64,000 nucleotides of DNA from Heterodontus francisci (Eukaryota), in assembly GCF_036365525.1 (NCBI RefSeq), contig NC_090371.1, positions 117,752,388-117,816,387 of the forward strand, read 5' to 3'. Below the pieces are notes generated by a model. It ran no database searches, was not told the origin of the DNA, and worked only from the letters and a program-made list of their open reading frames with translations. Numbering within the stretch: the first letter of the stretch is position 1; every line of letters begins with the position of its first letter. Position numbers and translations under genes: made by a program. Of this stretch, positions 51,229-64,000 are shown in pieces.

Positions 51229-51500
51229 AGCAAATATATAGTCGGAAGTTTGTCTCAGGATCCATTACAAGACAAAGGTTGTCAACAGTCTGGTTGAGCC
51301 TCAAACTGTTGCCAGACAGAGGGATGAAAATAATGGCTCCTCCACTGCCTTCATATTGTCAGGCTGCTTGTCAAAAATCCTGTCTTGGATGAGCTTTAAC
51401 TTCCTCCAGTTAAATATTAGGGAGACCTAAGCCATCAACTTCAGCCCCACCATAGTGCCCTTAATAGCAGGTTGATTATGGTGTCTAGTTTTGAGATTGT

Positions 51501-52223
51501 GGGCTGAATTTTATGGAGCTGGTGGGGGTCCCACCAGGCCCAAAAGGCAAGGGTAACTCTGCCTCGGTCCTTTGGAGACCACCCCCCAGCTTTATTTAAT
51601 GGAACATGGGCAATTAACTGCCCAGTGCTGGGATCCCCATTCCTTTGGGAGGTGGGATCGCTATCCTTAATCAGAGGACCGGTAGCTCAGTGGTATTGAC
51701 AGCGCCACTGGAAACAGAGGACACTGCCAGTACTACAAAGGTCCCGGGGCCAGAAACATTACTGGAGCCGACAATCCCAGGTAAATGTGGCAGGGTCATT
51801 GGGGGCCATGCCAGCAGGCCCCAGTGAGGGTGGGAGGGAGGCTGGTCATTGAGGCATGGGGAATATTAGTGGAGGGACGGCCTTTGCCACCAGCAGCCCT
51901 TTGTGGGCCACACACAGATTGCCCACAGAGGAGGCCCTTCCTACCCAAGCCCACAGGGAGGTCACCTGGTCTTACTTTGGTGACCTCCCTACATGACAGG
52001 GCTCCCACCAGTCGCTGGGGCTAAAATAGCAAAGGCAGGAAGAGGCCCTTAACTGGCCTTTGGGCGGGCAGGCCGTCTTTGGCCTTTCCCACCCCGGACA
52101 AAATTGCATGGCAGCAGGAAAGTGACAAGCACTCCGCTCGCCTCCTTCTGTTGCTATTTTATGGCCCCCCCCTTCCTCCCACACCTTCCATCCTGTTTCC
52201 CAGGGGTCCATAAAATTATACCC
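51501..52223. mobile_element. PIF/Harbinger-type MITE
   Basis: TIRs GGGCTGAATTTTATGG / CCATAAAATTATACCC; TSD TGT. Confidence 0.82.
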
Positions 52224-53726
52224 TGTAAATTTGACCACCCCTGTGCTTAATGAACTGCATTATGTCGATCTTGCCCGGAAAGGATGAGAAGCACCCACTT
52301 CCATGTTCCCACATGACCCTGGCTTGGTTTTGGTTCGGGCATTTGGTATGAATCAAGGGTTTTCAGTAGGATTCAGATGGCCCCAAAAATGAAGATGCAT
52401 AGTCATTGAAAGCCTTGGCTGAGTCCTTCACTAGTTAAATGGTTAGAGGAAGAGAAGGCCTCTAGTAAGCCTTCTCTCTTGATTTGCTGTGTGTAGTGCA
52501 AATCCCGGTTGCTACCCTTAGCCTATCTCCATTGTTTATTGCCAGTCCTGTGAGGTAATTGAAACAGGTGGGACGGAAATGGGCAGGTAACCCAGCTCCA
52601 ATTCAGGTGGAATAGTGGTGGAAAATCCATCCCAACTTGTCTTACAGGAGGAAGAAAACAAAGGTAAGCTGGAGCTCATGAAAACTAAGAAGTTGCAATC
52701 TTCCTGAATTTGGTACTTCACGTTTTAATATTGGCAAGATAACACATTATCATATTATTAGCCAATACAGTCTGACTTGCCTGTGCATTTCTTATACATC
52801 AACTTGCACAATTATGTACAATAGTTTCAAAAATAAATTCAAACCAAAGCCATGCCAAGCATCATGGTGTATTGTTGTTTTTTTAAACAAATGGTCCTTC
52901 TATGTTGCAGACTGAGGACTAATTCGGGGTAGGTAGCTAAACCACCTTCCCGAATCCTATCCTTGGTGCTTTTTGTAACTGAATTGAGAACTTCACTGAG
53001 TCACCATTTTAAATCAGATTACAGGTACTCCAAATCTGATAAACCAGATTTGTCCTTCCCCTGCAATACCAGCACTGCTCAGTCACTATAATTGCTATAT
53101 TTTCATGCTGCCTACATTGTAATGCTCAGAATATTGCAAATTTTCTACAGTCATTATATCCTATTTAACTGTTACAAAGTAATCTACATGCTTTGCATTG
53201 ATTTAAATTAAGTTGAACACGCAGTGCAGAATAGCAGAGAGCAAAATTGTCAACTCCCACAACTTGCAACCTCTATCGTTTTTCTTATGAATATGTCTCC
53301 AATAAAGTATTTTTAAAAATTGTCTGCATCTCATCCATTGGCGAACTTTCTGTATGGTTAGTCCTGAAATGACTGAGTTGCCTCAGTGTCAGATAAAGAA
53401 CAACTCTTATTGGGATACACACGATTCAGGAGCAAGTGCACATTGTAATAGAATATCTCTGTACTTTTCTCCCCTTAAGTCTGGCAGAGAGGCATCCAAG
53501 TAATTTAGACAGCTTTGATAGCTGAGATCAAAGCTGTTTTTATAAATGAAGTTGCATATCATGAATTTTAAAAATTTGGAATATTTCCAAAGATATCAAA
53601 GCACTGTCCCAATGTTCATACACTTGGTTGATTTCAGGTCCAATTGTCAGGTATCAAACTGAGGAAGTTCCAAGACTACAATTCAGTTGACTCGTTGATG
53701 TGCTGTCTTAAACTTCAGTGCTTTAA

Positions 53727-54251
53727 GGTTCAATTTTAACTTGGGGCAGGAGTATGCGGGCAGAGCCAGAGGCAGGTGGGAATTCCCTCATGACCTCCTT
53801 GGTGAGAGGTCCAGACAATTTTATCTCTTAGGCCTTATTTAGATGCCGAAAAACTGTCTCCCGTCCAAACCGGCAGGAATGACAAGGAGGTTGGTGAATG
53901 GGAGCAATCGGATGGGACCGCTGGGGAACTGAGGGAACAGTTCAACAGTAAGGCAAGTAGTAAACAAGGGCTCCAATAGGAATTATGCTCAATGAAGCAG
54001 GGAACCCAGGGTAGAGGAGGCCCAGTGTTTACTCCGAAGTTGGGAGGAACACTCCTCCTTTTCCTCCTCCTCCTCCTCTTCCCCAGCACCCCCTCCCCCC
54101 CCCCCCCACCCCACCCCGCCAAGAAGGAAGCCTTTAAACATTTTATCAAATTTATCTGGCCCCTTTTACCCACGATCCTACCTACCATCAATTGTGAATG
54201 GCAGTTCCTTTACTCGGCATCCCAACTGTGCCCCAGCGTAAAGATTGCTCC
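53727..54251. mobile_element. MITE-like element
   Basis: Degenerate TIRs ggttcaattttaacttgggg / ccccagcgtaaagattgctcc. Confidence 0.5.
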
Positions 54252-54399
54252 AAATTACATAACTGAGGCCCCCACTTGCCTGCAGTGGGCACTTTCCTGG
54301 TGAACTAAATCAGGAGATAGATCATGAACTTTCAGTGATCTGTGCCCAATGACATCTTAATCTTTTGTTCTCTCTCTGCCTCTTTCAGTATTGTTTACT

Positions 54400-55035
54400 G
54401 CAGGTGTGTTGTTTGTTGGCCCTACTAACATGCATGACAGTACATTTATCTAAGTTAAATGCCATTTGCTATTGCATGGCCCACTCCTCCTGCACATCTT
54501 AATATCTTTGTATTTGATTGCACCCCTCTGCTGTCTTAAGACTTGCATAGATATTGGAGTCATCTGCAAACTTATTAACCATACTCCCAAAGACAGTGAA
54601 GAGCAGTGGGCCTCAGACCGATCCCTGAGTGGCACTATTCGTAACATTTCTCCAGGCTAAGCCACATTTATTAACAACTTTTTGGCTGTGGGACTGGAGC
54701 AAGGTCCAAATCCAGCATATCAAATTCTTACTGATACCACAAGATACCATCCTACTGTTAAAGGCCATCTGAAAATCCAGGTAGGCAATGTCTACTGGAT
54801 TTTTCTCATCCACTACTGTCGTGACTTTCTCAAAAGCACTCAATCAAATTTGAGAGGCATGACCTACTTTTCCGGGACCCTTGTTTTGCATTTCAAATGG
54901 TTGCATCCCTTTTCCAGTGATCATAAAAGGGGTCTCTTATGATCCCTTCCAGCATCTTCCCAATAATGAATGCCAGGCTTGTAATTCCCTGGCTCTGATT
55001 TGTCCCCTTTTTTTTGAAAATAGGTATGAATAAAA
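54400..55035 (-). mobile_element. Old CR1 RT fragment
   Basis: KKGDKSEPGNYKP, VDIAYLDFQMAF and QGSV on the minus strand. Confidence 0.8.
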
Positions 55036-55039
55036 GATA

Positions 55040-58000
55040 TTATTGGTTTGCTCCTCTTGCTGCATGTAGGAATCCAAGAACATTTCCAGTCCCCGGGACC
55101 AGCATGTGTGCAGGAAGTGTATCCAGCTGCAGCTCCTGGAAGCTCGGGTTTCAGAGCTGGAATGGCGGCTGGAAACATTGTGGAGCATCCGCGAGTCTGA
55201 GAGCATCGTGGATAGCACGTTTAGAGAGGTGGTCACACCACAGCTGAAGGGATTTGAGGAAGGAAGGGAATGGGTGACCACCAGGCAGTCCAAGAGAAAC
55301 AGGCAGGTAGTTCAGGAGTCCCTTGGGGTCTCGCTTGCATATCGGTATTCCATTTTGGAGGCTGATTAGGCTGGTTCCTCCAGGGAGTGCGGACAGAACC
55401 AAGCTTCTGGCACCACAAGCAGCCTGTCTGCACAGGAAGGGGGGAAGAGAGGAAGAGCAATAGTACGAGGGGATTCTATAGTCAGGGGAACAGATAGGCG
55501 CTACTGTGGCCATCAACGTGACTCCAGGATGGTGTGTTGCCTCCCTGGTGCCAGGGTCCAGTATGTCACTGAATGGCTGCAGGACATCCTGAAGGGGGAG
55601 GGTGATAAGGCAGAGGTCATGGTACATGTTGGTACCAATGACAAAGGTAGAAAGAGGGTTGAGGTCTTGCATCAAGAATTCAGGGAGTTAGGCAGTAGAC
55701 TAAAAAGCAGGACCTCTCGGGTTGTAATCTCAGGATTACTCCCAGTGCCACATGCTAGCAAGTATAGAAATAGGAGAACAGCACAGATGAATGCGTGGCT
55801 TAAGAGTTGGTGCAGGAGGGAGGGTTTTAGATTCCTGGACCACTGGGACCATTTCTGGGGAAAGTGGGACCTGTACAAACGGGACGGTCTACATCTGAAC
55901 CAGAGGGGGACTAACATCCTTGCTGGAGGGTTTGCTAGTGCTGTTGGGAGGAGTTCAAACTAATTTGGCAGGGGGAGGGGACGCAAACTCCTAGCGGAAT
56001 AGGGACACAGCTAAACACAGGAAAGCGAACAAGTCAGAGGGAATACAGCGGAAGTAAGTTTCAAGGGAGTAAGACCAGGATGGATGGCCTCTACTTTAAT
56101 GCCAGGAGTATTACAGGTAAAACGGATGAGTTAAGGGCAAGGATTGACACGTGGAATTATGATATAGTAGCCATCACGGAGACATGGTTGAGGGAGGGGC
56201 AGGATTGGCAGCTCAATATCCCGGGATATAGAATCTTCAGGCGAGACAGAGGAGGGGGTAAAAGATAAGGGGGAATTGCAACATCAGTTAAAGAGTCAGT
56301 TACTGCAGTATGGAGAGATGATATCTTGGAGGGGGCATCAAATGAAGCTTTATGGGGAGAGTTTAGGAATAAAAAGGGGACAGCCACATTGCTAGGTGTT
56401 TATTATAGACCCCCAGATATTCAGTGGGAAATTGAGGAGCAAATATGTGTGCAATTCGCAGAGGTGTGTAAAAATAATAATAGGGTCATTATATTAGGTG
56501 ATTTCAACTTTTTCAACATTAATTGGGATAGTCATCGTGTTAAGGGCTTAGATGATGTGGAGTTCTTAAAATGTATACAGGAGAACTTTTTAGCTCAATA
56601 TGTAGAGGATCCAACAAGGGAGGGTGCAGTGCTGGACCTAATTCTGGGGAATGAAGCCGGACAGGTGGTTGATGTGTTGGTGAGAGAGCATTTTGATGAT
56701 AGCGACCACAACATGGTACAATTTAAGCTTGTTATGGAGAAAGAAATAGACAAGTTGCAAAAAAAGGTTTTGGATTGGGGGAGAGCAAATTTTAGTAAAA
56801 TAAGGCAGGATCTGGCCAAGATAGACTGGAAAGAGTTACTTGTGGGGAAATCTACAGAAGAGCAGTGGGGGGCATTCATAAAGGAAATGGGGAGGGTACA
56901 TGCCCAACATGTTCCCTCTAGAGTAATAGGTAGGAGCAACAAGCCCAGAGAACCATGGCTGACCAGAAACATTCAGGGTATGATGAGAAGGAAAAGAGAG
57001 GCTTTTAGCAAATACAAGGAGAGCAAATCAACAGAAGCATTAGTGGAGTACAGAAAGTGTAGGATGGAGCTTAAGAAAGCAATTAGGAGAGCAAAGAGGG
57101 GATAGGAGAAAGCTTTGGCTGGTAAAAGTAGGGAAAATCCCAAGATATTCTATAAGTATATCGATGGGAAGAGGATAACCAGGGAAAGAGTAGGACCCAT
57201 TAAGGACCAAGGGGGAAATCTGTGGGTGGAGCCAGAGGACATTGGTAGGGTGTTGAAAAAATACTTCACATTTGTCTTCACCCAAGAGAATGAGGATGTA
57301 GATATGGAACTCAGAGAGAGAGACTGTGAGGCTCTTGAGCAAATTGTCATAGGGATTGACAAGGTATCGGAGGTTTTAGCAGTCTTAAATGTGGACAAAT
57401 CTCCAGGTCCGGACGATTTGTATCCCAGGATGCTGTGGGAGGCGAGGGTGGAGATTGCAGGGGCTCTGACCCAAATTTTTAATTCCTTTCAGGCCACGGG
57501 GGAGGTACCAGAGGACTGGAGAACAGCTAATGTGGTCTCACTATATAAGAAAGGTTGTAGAGATAAGTCAGGAAACTACAGACCAGTGAGTCTCACGTCA
57601 GTGGTAAGGAAACTATTGGAGAAAATTCTGAAGGAGAGAATCTATCTCCACTTGGAGAGGCAAAATTTGATTAGGAATAGTCAGCATGGCTTTGTCAGAG
57701 GGAGGTCCTGCCTAACAAATTTGATTGCATTTTTGAGCATGTGACCAGGTGCGTAGATGAGGGTAGTGCAGTTGATGTAGTTTACATGGATTTCAGCAAA
57801 GCCTTTGACAAGGTCCCACATGGGAGACTTATCAAGAAAGCAAATGCACTTGGGATACAGGGTAACTTGATAAGGTGGATTCAAAATTGGCTTAGCTATA
57901 AGAGACAGAGAGTGATGACAGACGGCTGTTTTAGTGACTGGAAGCCAGTGTCCAGTGGCGTACCACAGGGATCTGTGCTGGGTCCCCTATTGTTTGTCAT

Positions 58001-58970
58001 TTATATAAACGACATAGATGACTATGTGGGGGGTAGGATCAGTAAGTTCGTGGATGACACAAAGATTGGCCGAGTGGTTAACAGTGAGGTTGAGTGTCTT
58101 GGGTTACAGGAAGATATAGGCGGGATGGTCAAATGGGCAGAAAAGTGGCAGATGGAATTTAACCCTGAAAAGTGTGAGATGATACACTTTGGAAGGAGTA
58201 ATGTGACATGGAAGTATTCAATGAATGGCCTGACACTGGGAAGTTCTGAGGAACAAAGGGACCTTGGTGTGTTTGTCCATAGATCTCAGAAGGCAGAAGG
58301 GCAGGTTAATAGGGTGGTGAAAAAGGCATATGGGACACTTGCCTTTATCAATCGAGGCATAGATTACAAAGGTATGGAGGTCATGTTGGAGTTGGATAGA
58401 ACTTTGATAAGGCCACAGCTGGAGTACTGTATGCAATTCTGGTCGCCACATTATAGGAAGGATGTGATTGCACTGGAGGGGGTGCAGAGGCGATTCACCA
58501 GGATGTTGCCTGGGATGGAACATTTAAGCTATGAAGAGAGTTTGGATAGGCTTGGGTTGTTTTCGCTTGACCAGAGAAATCTGAGCGGTGACCTGATCAA
58601 GGTGTACAAGATTATGAGGGGCATGGACAGGGTGGATAGGGATCAGCTGTTCCCCTTAGTTGAAGGGTCAGTTATGAGGGGACACAGGTTTAAGGTGAGG
58701 GGCGGGAGGTTTAAGGGGGAGTTGAGGAAGAACTTTTTTTACCCAGAGTGTGGTGACGGTCTGGAATGCACTGCCTGGGAGGGTGGTAGAGGTGGGTTGC
58801 CTCACATCCTTTAAAAAGTACCTGGATGAGCACTTGGCCCATCATAACATTCAAGGCTATGGGCCAAGTGCTGGCAAATGGGATTAGGTAGACAGGTCAG
58901 GTGTCTTAAATGCATCGGTGCAGACTCGATGGGCCGAAGGGCCTCTTCTGCACTGTATTATTCTGTGATA
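55040..58970 (+). mobile_element. Near full-length CR1 LINE: ORF1 (Zn-finger/leucine zipper + SGNH esterase), ORF2 (APE + RT) and 3'UTR
   Basis: ORF1: VCRKCIQLQLLEARVSELE, GDSIVRG, CLPGARV, HVGTND, DGLHLN. ORF2 (~56080-58890): YFNARS, AITETWL, GDFN, SDH, KSPGPD, MDFSKAFDKVPH, FVDDTK. Few stops/frameshifts; attctgtgat tail. Confidence 0.95.
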
Positions 58971-59889
58971 TAACAAATGATAGATTTAAATCATAAAGTC
59001 TTATTCCCACATCAGCCAATGTCATTTTGTTATATAAATAGAATTGCAAAACATAAATAAACTTGTTATGCGGCTTGGAGCACTTTGTATATTTCCCATA
59101 TAATCCATTGCATTTTGATTTGTATTGTCTATATAATCTAACCAATATTTTTATATGTTGCAGGATCCATAAAACTCAAAACAACAAGTTTTGACAAAAC
59201 CGTTGAATAATATTACTGTTGACAATGAGCTGTGACTTATTTTTCAGTTTACTCATGACATAAATTCAATCTCCAGCTTTTATTTATTTTCCAGTCCTGA
59301 GTAATTATATAACACTCCTAAACCATTCTATCTGACCACCAGTTTGAACTTAAGATATGTAGTGCACGTTGGTATCAGTTCAACGGCCATAAAGAAAATA
59401 GATATGGTAGAGTAATCTTTCAGTTGTAGTTTAATTTCTGGGGAACAAGTGTTTTTTTATGATATATCTATATTATGTTATCCTCTTGAGGAGATTTAAC
59501 AGTCCAAAATATTTTTTATTCTGTACAATTTTGGCATGTACAAGCATTCTGTACTTTAACCGAGTGACCATTATCCATGTATGAGCTGGTCAGAGTGCTG
59601 ATTAACTGTTCAGCTGTTAAGGTGTCGGTGGGAGAGGAGTGGTGGGGGTGCTGGTTTGTAATGGGGGACAGCACCACAGAAGATCCCAATCCTGTCCTCA
59701 CCTGATGACCACAGTTCCTAGGTAGTGATCAGGAACCGGGGTAGTCAATAGTCCTTCCCTAACCTGGTGTAGGGGGTTTGGGAGGAGCACTCCTGCTCCC
59801 ACAATTGCCCAATATGAGATAACTAAATTTACACAGAGCAGGGATCAAAACTGTGACCTCCCTGGCTCAGTATCAGATCAGATGGTGAA

Positions 59890-62800
59890 TTTCTCTATTG
59901 AGTCATCAGTATTAGTTCTGAATACTGATGAGAGTGATGGTTGCTTTGTGGCATGCAGCCATAGCCAAGTCCATGGCACAACAATTGGCTCAGTTGTATG
60001 GGGACAGGGTGGGGTGGGGGAGGGGGTGTGGGCTGGTGGTGGAGTGCAAGAGGAAGATTGGAAAAGTAATAGTGATATGGGGATTTGATAGTTAGGGGAA
60101 CGGGCAGATGTTTCTGCGGCTGCAGACGTAAATCCAGGATGGTATATTGCCTTCCTGGTGCTAGGATCATGGATGTCACTGAACGGCTGTCGAGCACTCC
60201 GAGGCAGGAGGGTGAGCAGCCAGTGGCCCTGGTTCATATCGGTATCAACGACATAGGTAGGAAGAGGGATGGGGTTCTGAAAGCACATTTTAGAGAGCTA
60301 GGAAAGAAACTAGAAAGCAGCACCTCAAAGGTAGTAATCTCCGGATTACTCCCAGTACCATGTGCATGTGAGAATGAAAATAGGAGGATAGACCAAATGA
60401 ATGTGTGGCTGGAGAGACGGTGTTGGAGGGAAGACTTTAGATTCCTGGGGCATTGGGACTGGTTCTCGGAGAGATGGGACCTGTGCAGGTCAGACAGGTT
60501 GCACCTGAACAGAGCCTGGACCAATGTCCTTGCGGGACAATTGGCTGGTGCTATTGGGAAGGGTTTAAACTAACTTGGCAAATGATGGGAATCAGGAGGT
60601 AATATTAGAGAGGAAAACCAAGGTGTACAGAGAATTGGGAGAGACAGATTGTCCTAGAGTAGGAAATAGAAAGATATTATGTGGGATCTGAGTAAGAAGG
60701 AATGTAATAAGTCTAAATTAGGTTTACTGTACACGGATGTGAATGTGCAGTGTGTGTTGAATAAGGTTGGTAAGCTACAGGCGCAGCTAGCAATGTGGAA
60801 ATACAATGTTATGGCGATACGAAGATCTGGCTCAAAAAATGGCAGAACTGGTTGCTAAATATTCCAGCATACAAGGTGTTCCGGAAGGATAGAGAAGGAA
60901 AGAAAGGTGGAGGGGAAGCAGTATTGATTCAGGAAAGAATGACAGTGCTGGAGAGAGAGGACATTCTCGAGAGGTCAAGGACAGAATCTACTTGATTTGA
61001 AGTAAGAAACAATAGTGGTATCATTACCTTTCTGGGTGTACTCTGTAGGCCATCAACTAGTGGGAAAGATGTAGAATTTGCAAGGAAATTACAGAGAGGT
61101 GCAAGAATTAGAGGGTAGTTTTAATGGGGGACATTAATTATCCAAATATATGTGCTGAGATAATAATAGTGTAAAGGGAAGAAAGGGGCAAGAGTTTCTA
61201 GAGTGTGTTCATGAGAATTTTTCCAGTCCAATAATGAAGGAGGCATTAGAACCATAAAAAAATTACAACACAGAAGAAGGCCATTCAGCCCATCATTTCT
61301 GCATGGCCGATAAAAATAGCCGCCCTATCTAATCCCACCTTCCAGTTCCTGGTCCATAGCTTTGCAGGTTACAGCACTTCAGGTGCATGTCCAGGTACCA
61401 ATTAAATGAGTTGAGGGTTTCTGCCTCCACCACCATTCCTGGCAGTGAATTCCAGACACCCACTACCCTCTGGGTGAAAAAGTATTTCCTCATGTCCCCC
61501 CTAATTCTTCTACTAATCACCTTAAATCTGTGCCCCCTGGTAATTGACCTCTCCACTAGGGGAAGCAGATTCTTCCTGTCTACTGTATCTAGGCCCCTCA
61601 TAAGTTTGTACACCTCAATTAAGTCACCCCTCAGCCTCCTCTTCTAAGGAAAACAACCCTAGCCGATCTAATCTTTCCTCATAGCTGCAACTTTTAAGCC
61701 CTGGCAACATTCTTGTGAATCTCCTCTGTACTCTCTCCAGAGCAATTATGTCCTTCCTGTAATGTAGTGACCAGAACTGTAAGCAATACTCCAGCTGTGG
61801 CCTAACCAGCATTTTATACAGTTCCAGCATTACATCCCTGCTTTTGAATTTTGTACCTCGGCCAATAAAGGAAAGCATTCCATATGCCTTCTTCACCACT
61901 CTATCTACCTGTCCTGCCACCTTCAGGGACTTGTGAACATGCACTCTAAGGTCTCTCACTTGTTCCACGCCTCTCAATATACTCCTGTTTATTGTGTGTT
62001 CTCTCGCTTTGTTTGCCCTTCCCAAATGCATTACCTCACACCTCTCTGGATTGAATTCCATTTGCCAGTTTTCCGTCCACTCAACCAAACCATTGATATC
62101 ATTGTGGAGTCTGCTGGATCTGGTTCTGGGAAGTGAAGTGGGTCAAGTGAATCAAGTGTCAGTAGGGGTACATTTAGGGGACAGTGATCATAGTATCATA
62201 AGATTTAGATTGGCTATGAGAAAAGACAAGGAGCAATCTGGAGTAAAAATAATTAATTGGGGAAGGGCCAACTTCAATGGGGTGAAACAGATCTGGCCCA
62301 GGTAAATTGAAATTAAAGATTGGCAGGCAAAACTGTGACAGAGCAATATGCTGCCTTTTAAAGAGGAGATAGCTCGGGTAGAGTCAAGGAACAGTTACAC
62401 GAAGGGGAAAGGTAGGCAAATAAATCCAGAGCTCCCTGGAGGAGAAAAAGATAGAAAGTAAGATGAAGCAGAAAAAGGTTGCCATCATCCAAAACATGGC
62501 AGGTCAGTTCTCAATCACGCGCTGAACAAACCCAACCCTAACGATTTTTCACTCATCTACTCGACTATCTCATTAACATCAAGGCATGGATTGTGGAATC
62601 AGAGAATCTTACAGTATGGAAGGAGGCCATTCAGCCCATTGTGTGTGCTGATGTCAAATGGAAAATACAATTGAGAATCAGGCTGAATATAGAAGGTTCA
62701 GAGGGGAAGTGAAAAACCAAGTAAGAGAAGCAAAGAGAAAGTATGAGAAAAGACTGACAGGTAACATAAAATGGAATCCGAAAGTCTTCCATAGTCATAT

Positions 62801-63483
62801 AAATAGTAAAAAATTGGTAAAAGGCAGAGTGAGACCAATTAGGGACCTAAAAGGGGATTTAAACATGGAGGCAGGGGCATGGCTGAGGTATGAAATGAGT
62901 ACTTTGCATCTGTCTTTACCAAGGAAGAAGATGTTGTCCAAGTCCTGAGGAGATAAGGATGGAAATTGTGGAGGCACTGGCCATAATCTTCCAATCCTTC
63001 TTCGATACAGGGGTGGTGCTGGAGGCCTGGAGAATTGCTAATGTTGCACCCTTGTTCAAAAAAAAGCATAAGTATAAGCCCAGCAACGACAGTTTAACCT
63101 TGATGATGGGAAAGCTTTTCGAAACAATAATTCGGGACAAAATTAATAGTCACTTGGATGAATGTGGATTAATTAAGGAATGTGAGCATGGATTTGTTAA
63201 GGGAAAACAATGTTTAACTAACTTGTTTGAGTTTTTTGATGAGTTGATGATGGTAATGCGGTTGACGTGGTGCACATGGGCTTCTAAAAGGCATTTGATA
63301 AAGTGCCACATAACAGACTTGTCAGCAAAATTTGAGCCCATGGAATAAAAGGGGCAATAGCAGCATGGACATGAAATTGGCTGAGTGACAGGAAACAGAA
63401 GTGGTGAAAATTTGTTTATTGGACTGGAGGAAGGTATATAGTGAAGTTTCACAGGGGTTGGTGTTGGGACCCCTGCTTTTTTT
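59890..63483 (+). mobile_element. Decayed CR1 LINE (ORF1 esterase, ORF2 APE/RT part) with nested insertions
   Basis: ORF 60085-60573 is SGNH-like (CLPGARI, HIGIND, DRLHLN). Also LLDLVLGSE..GDSDH and EHGFVKGKQCLTNLFEFFDE. Same family as 17180-19385. Confidence 0.88.
61247..62103 (-). mobile_element. CR1 3' end nested in the preceding CR1
   Basis: ORFs 61624-62088 and 61329-61613 encode a CR1 RT C-terminus; tail ttatggttcta. Confidence 0.9.
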
Positions 63484-64000
63484 ATAGAACATAGAACATT
63501 ACAGCGCAGTACAGGCCCTTCAGCCCTCGATGTTGCGCCGACCTGTGAAACCATCTGACCTACACTATTCCATTTTCATCCATATGTCTATCCAATGACC
63601 ACTTAAATGCCCTTAAAGTTGGCGAGTCTACTACGGTTGCAGGCAGGGCGTTCCACGCCCCTACTACTCTCTGAGTAAAGAAACTACCTCTGACATCTGT
63701 CCGATATCTATCACCCCTCAACTTAAAGCTATGTCCTCTCGTGTTTGCCATCACCATCCGAGGAAAAAGGCTCTCACTATCCACCCTGTCCAACCCTCTG
63801 ATTATCTTATATGTCTCTATTAAGTCACCTCTTCTCCTCCTTCTCTCTAACGAAAACAACCTCAAGTCCCTCAGCCTTTCCTCGTAAGACCTTCCCTCCA
63901 TACCAGGCAACATCCTAGTAAATCCCCTCTGCACCTTTTCCAAAGCTTCCACATCCTTCCTGTAATGCGGTGACCAGAACTGCACGCAATACTCCAGGTG
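63484..64000 (-). mobile_element. Young CR1 3' end (continues beyond the window)
   Basis: Uninterrupted ORF 63560-63985 (QFWSPHYRKD..LFSLERRR.RGDLIETYKI..TRGHS), CpGs retained, (tgttcta)n tail. Confidence 0.92.

Larger units (their letters stand above)
49165..51340 (-). mobile_element. L2 LINE 3' portion, interrupted by a SINE and a CR1
   Basis: L2 tail at 49165-49290 and PRLSSSVAETFIHAFVT at ~50100. The element continues at 51229-51340 (NLCLVMDPE). Confidence 0.78.

Noticed and set aside
55151-58523. Long antisense ORFs overlapping CR1
   Set aside because: Shadow frames of LINE coding sequence.
1-64000. CRISPR arrays, rRNA or prokaryotic operons
   Set aside because: The sequence is vertebrate and TE-rich; no regularly spaced repeats or such genes were seen.

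Overview
Repeat-rich vertebrate genomic DNA, almost certainly from a shark or other elasmobranch, judged from the HE1-type V-SINEs, Deu-domain SINEs and abundant CR1 LINEs. No intact host gene is recognisable. The window is a mosaic of decayed CR1, L2 and RTE LINEs, tRNA-derived SINEs, PIF/Harbinger remnants, MITEs and Penelope-like fragments. The outstanding feature is a 2.87-kb non-autonomous Gypsy-type LTR retrotransposon at 43275-46145. It has two LTRs, a GCCTC TSD, a tRNA-Leu-type PBS and a PPT. After its decayed gag, the protease frame runs directly into a captured C-terminal Myc-family segment (QQQHNYA motif plus bHLH-leucine zipper) that sits where RT/RNaseH/integrase should be. This organisation parallels gag-myc transducing retroviruses, and the LTR carries an E-box. 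All calls were made by eye; family names need confirming by search and many boundaries are approximate.
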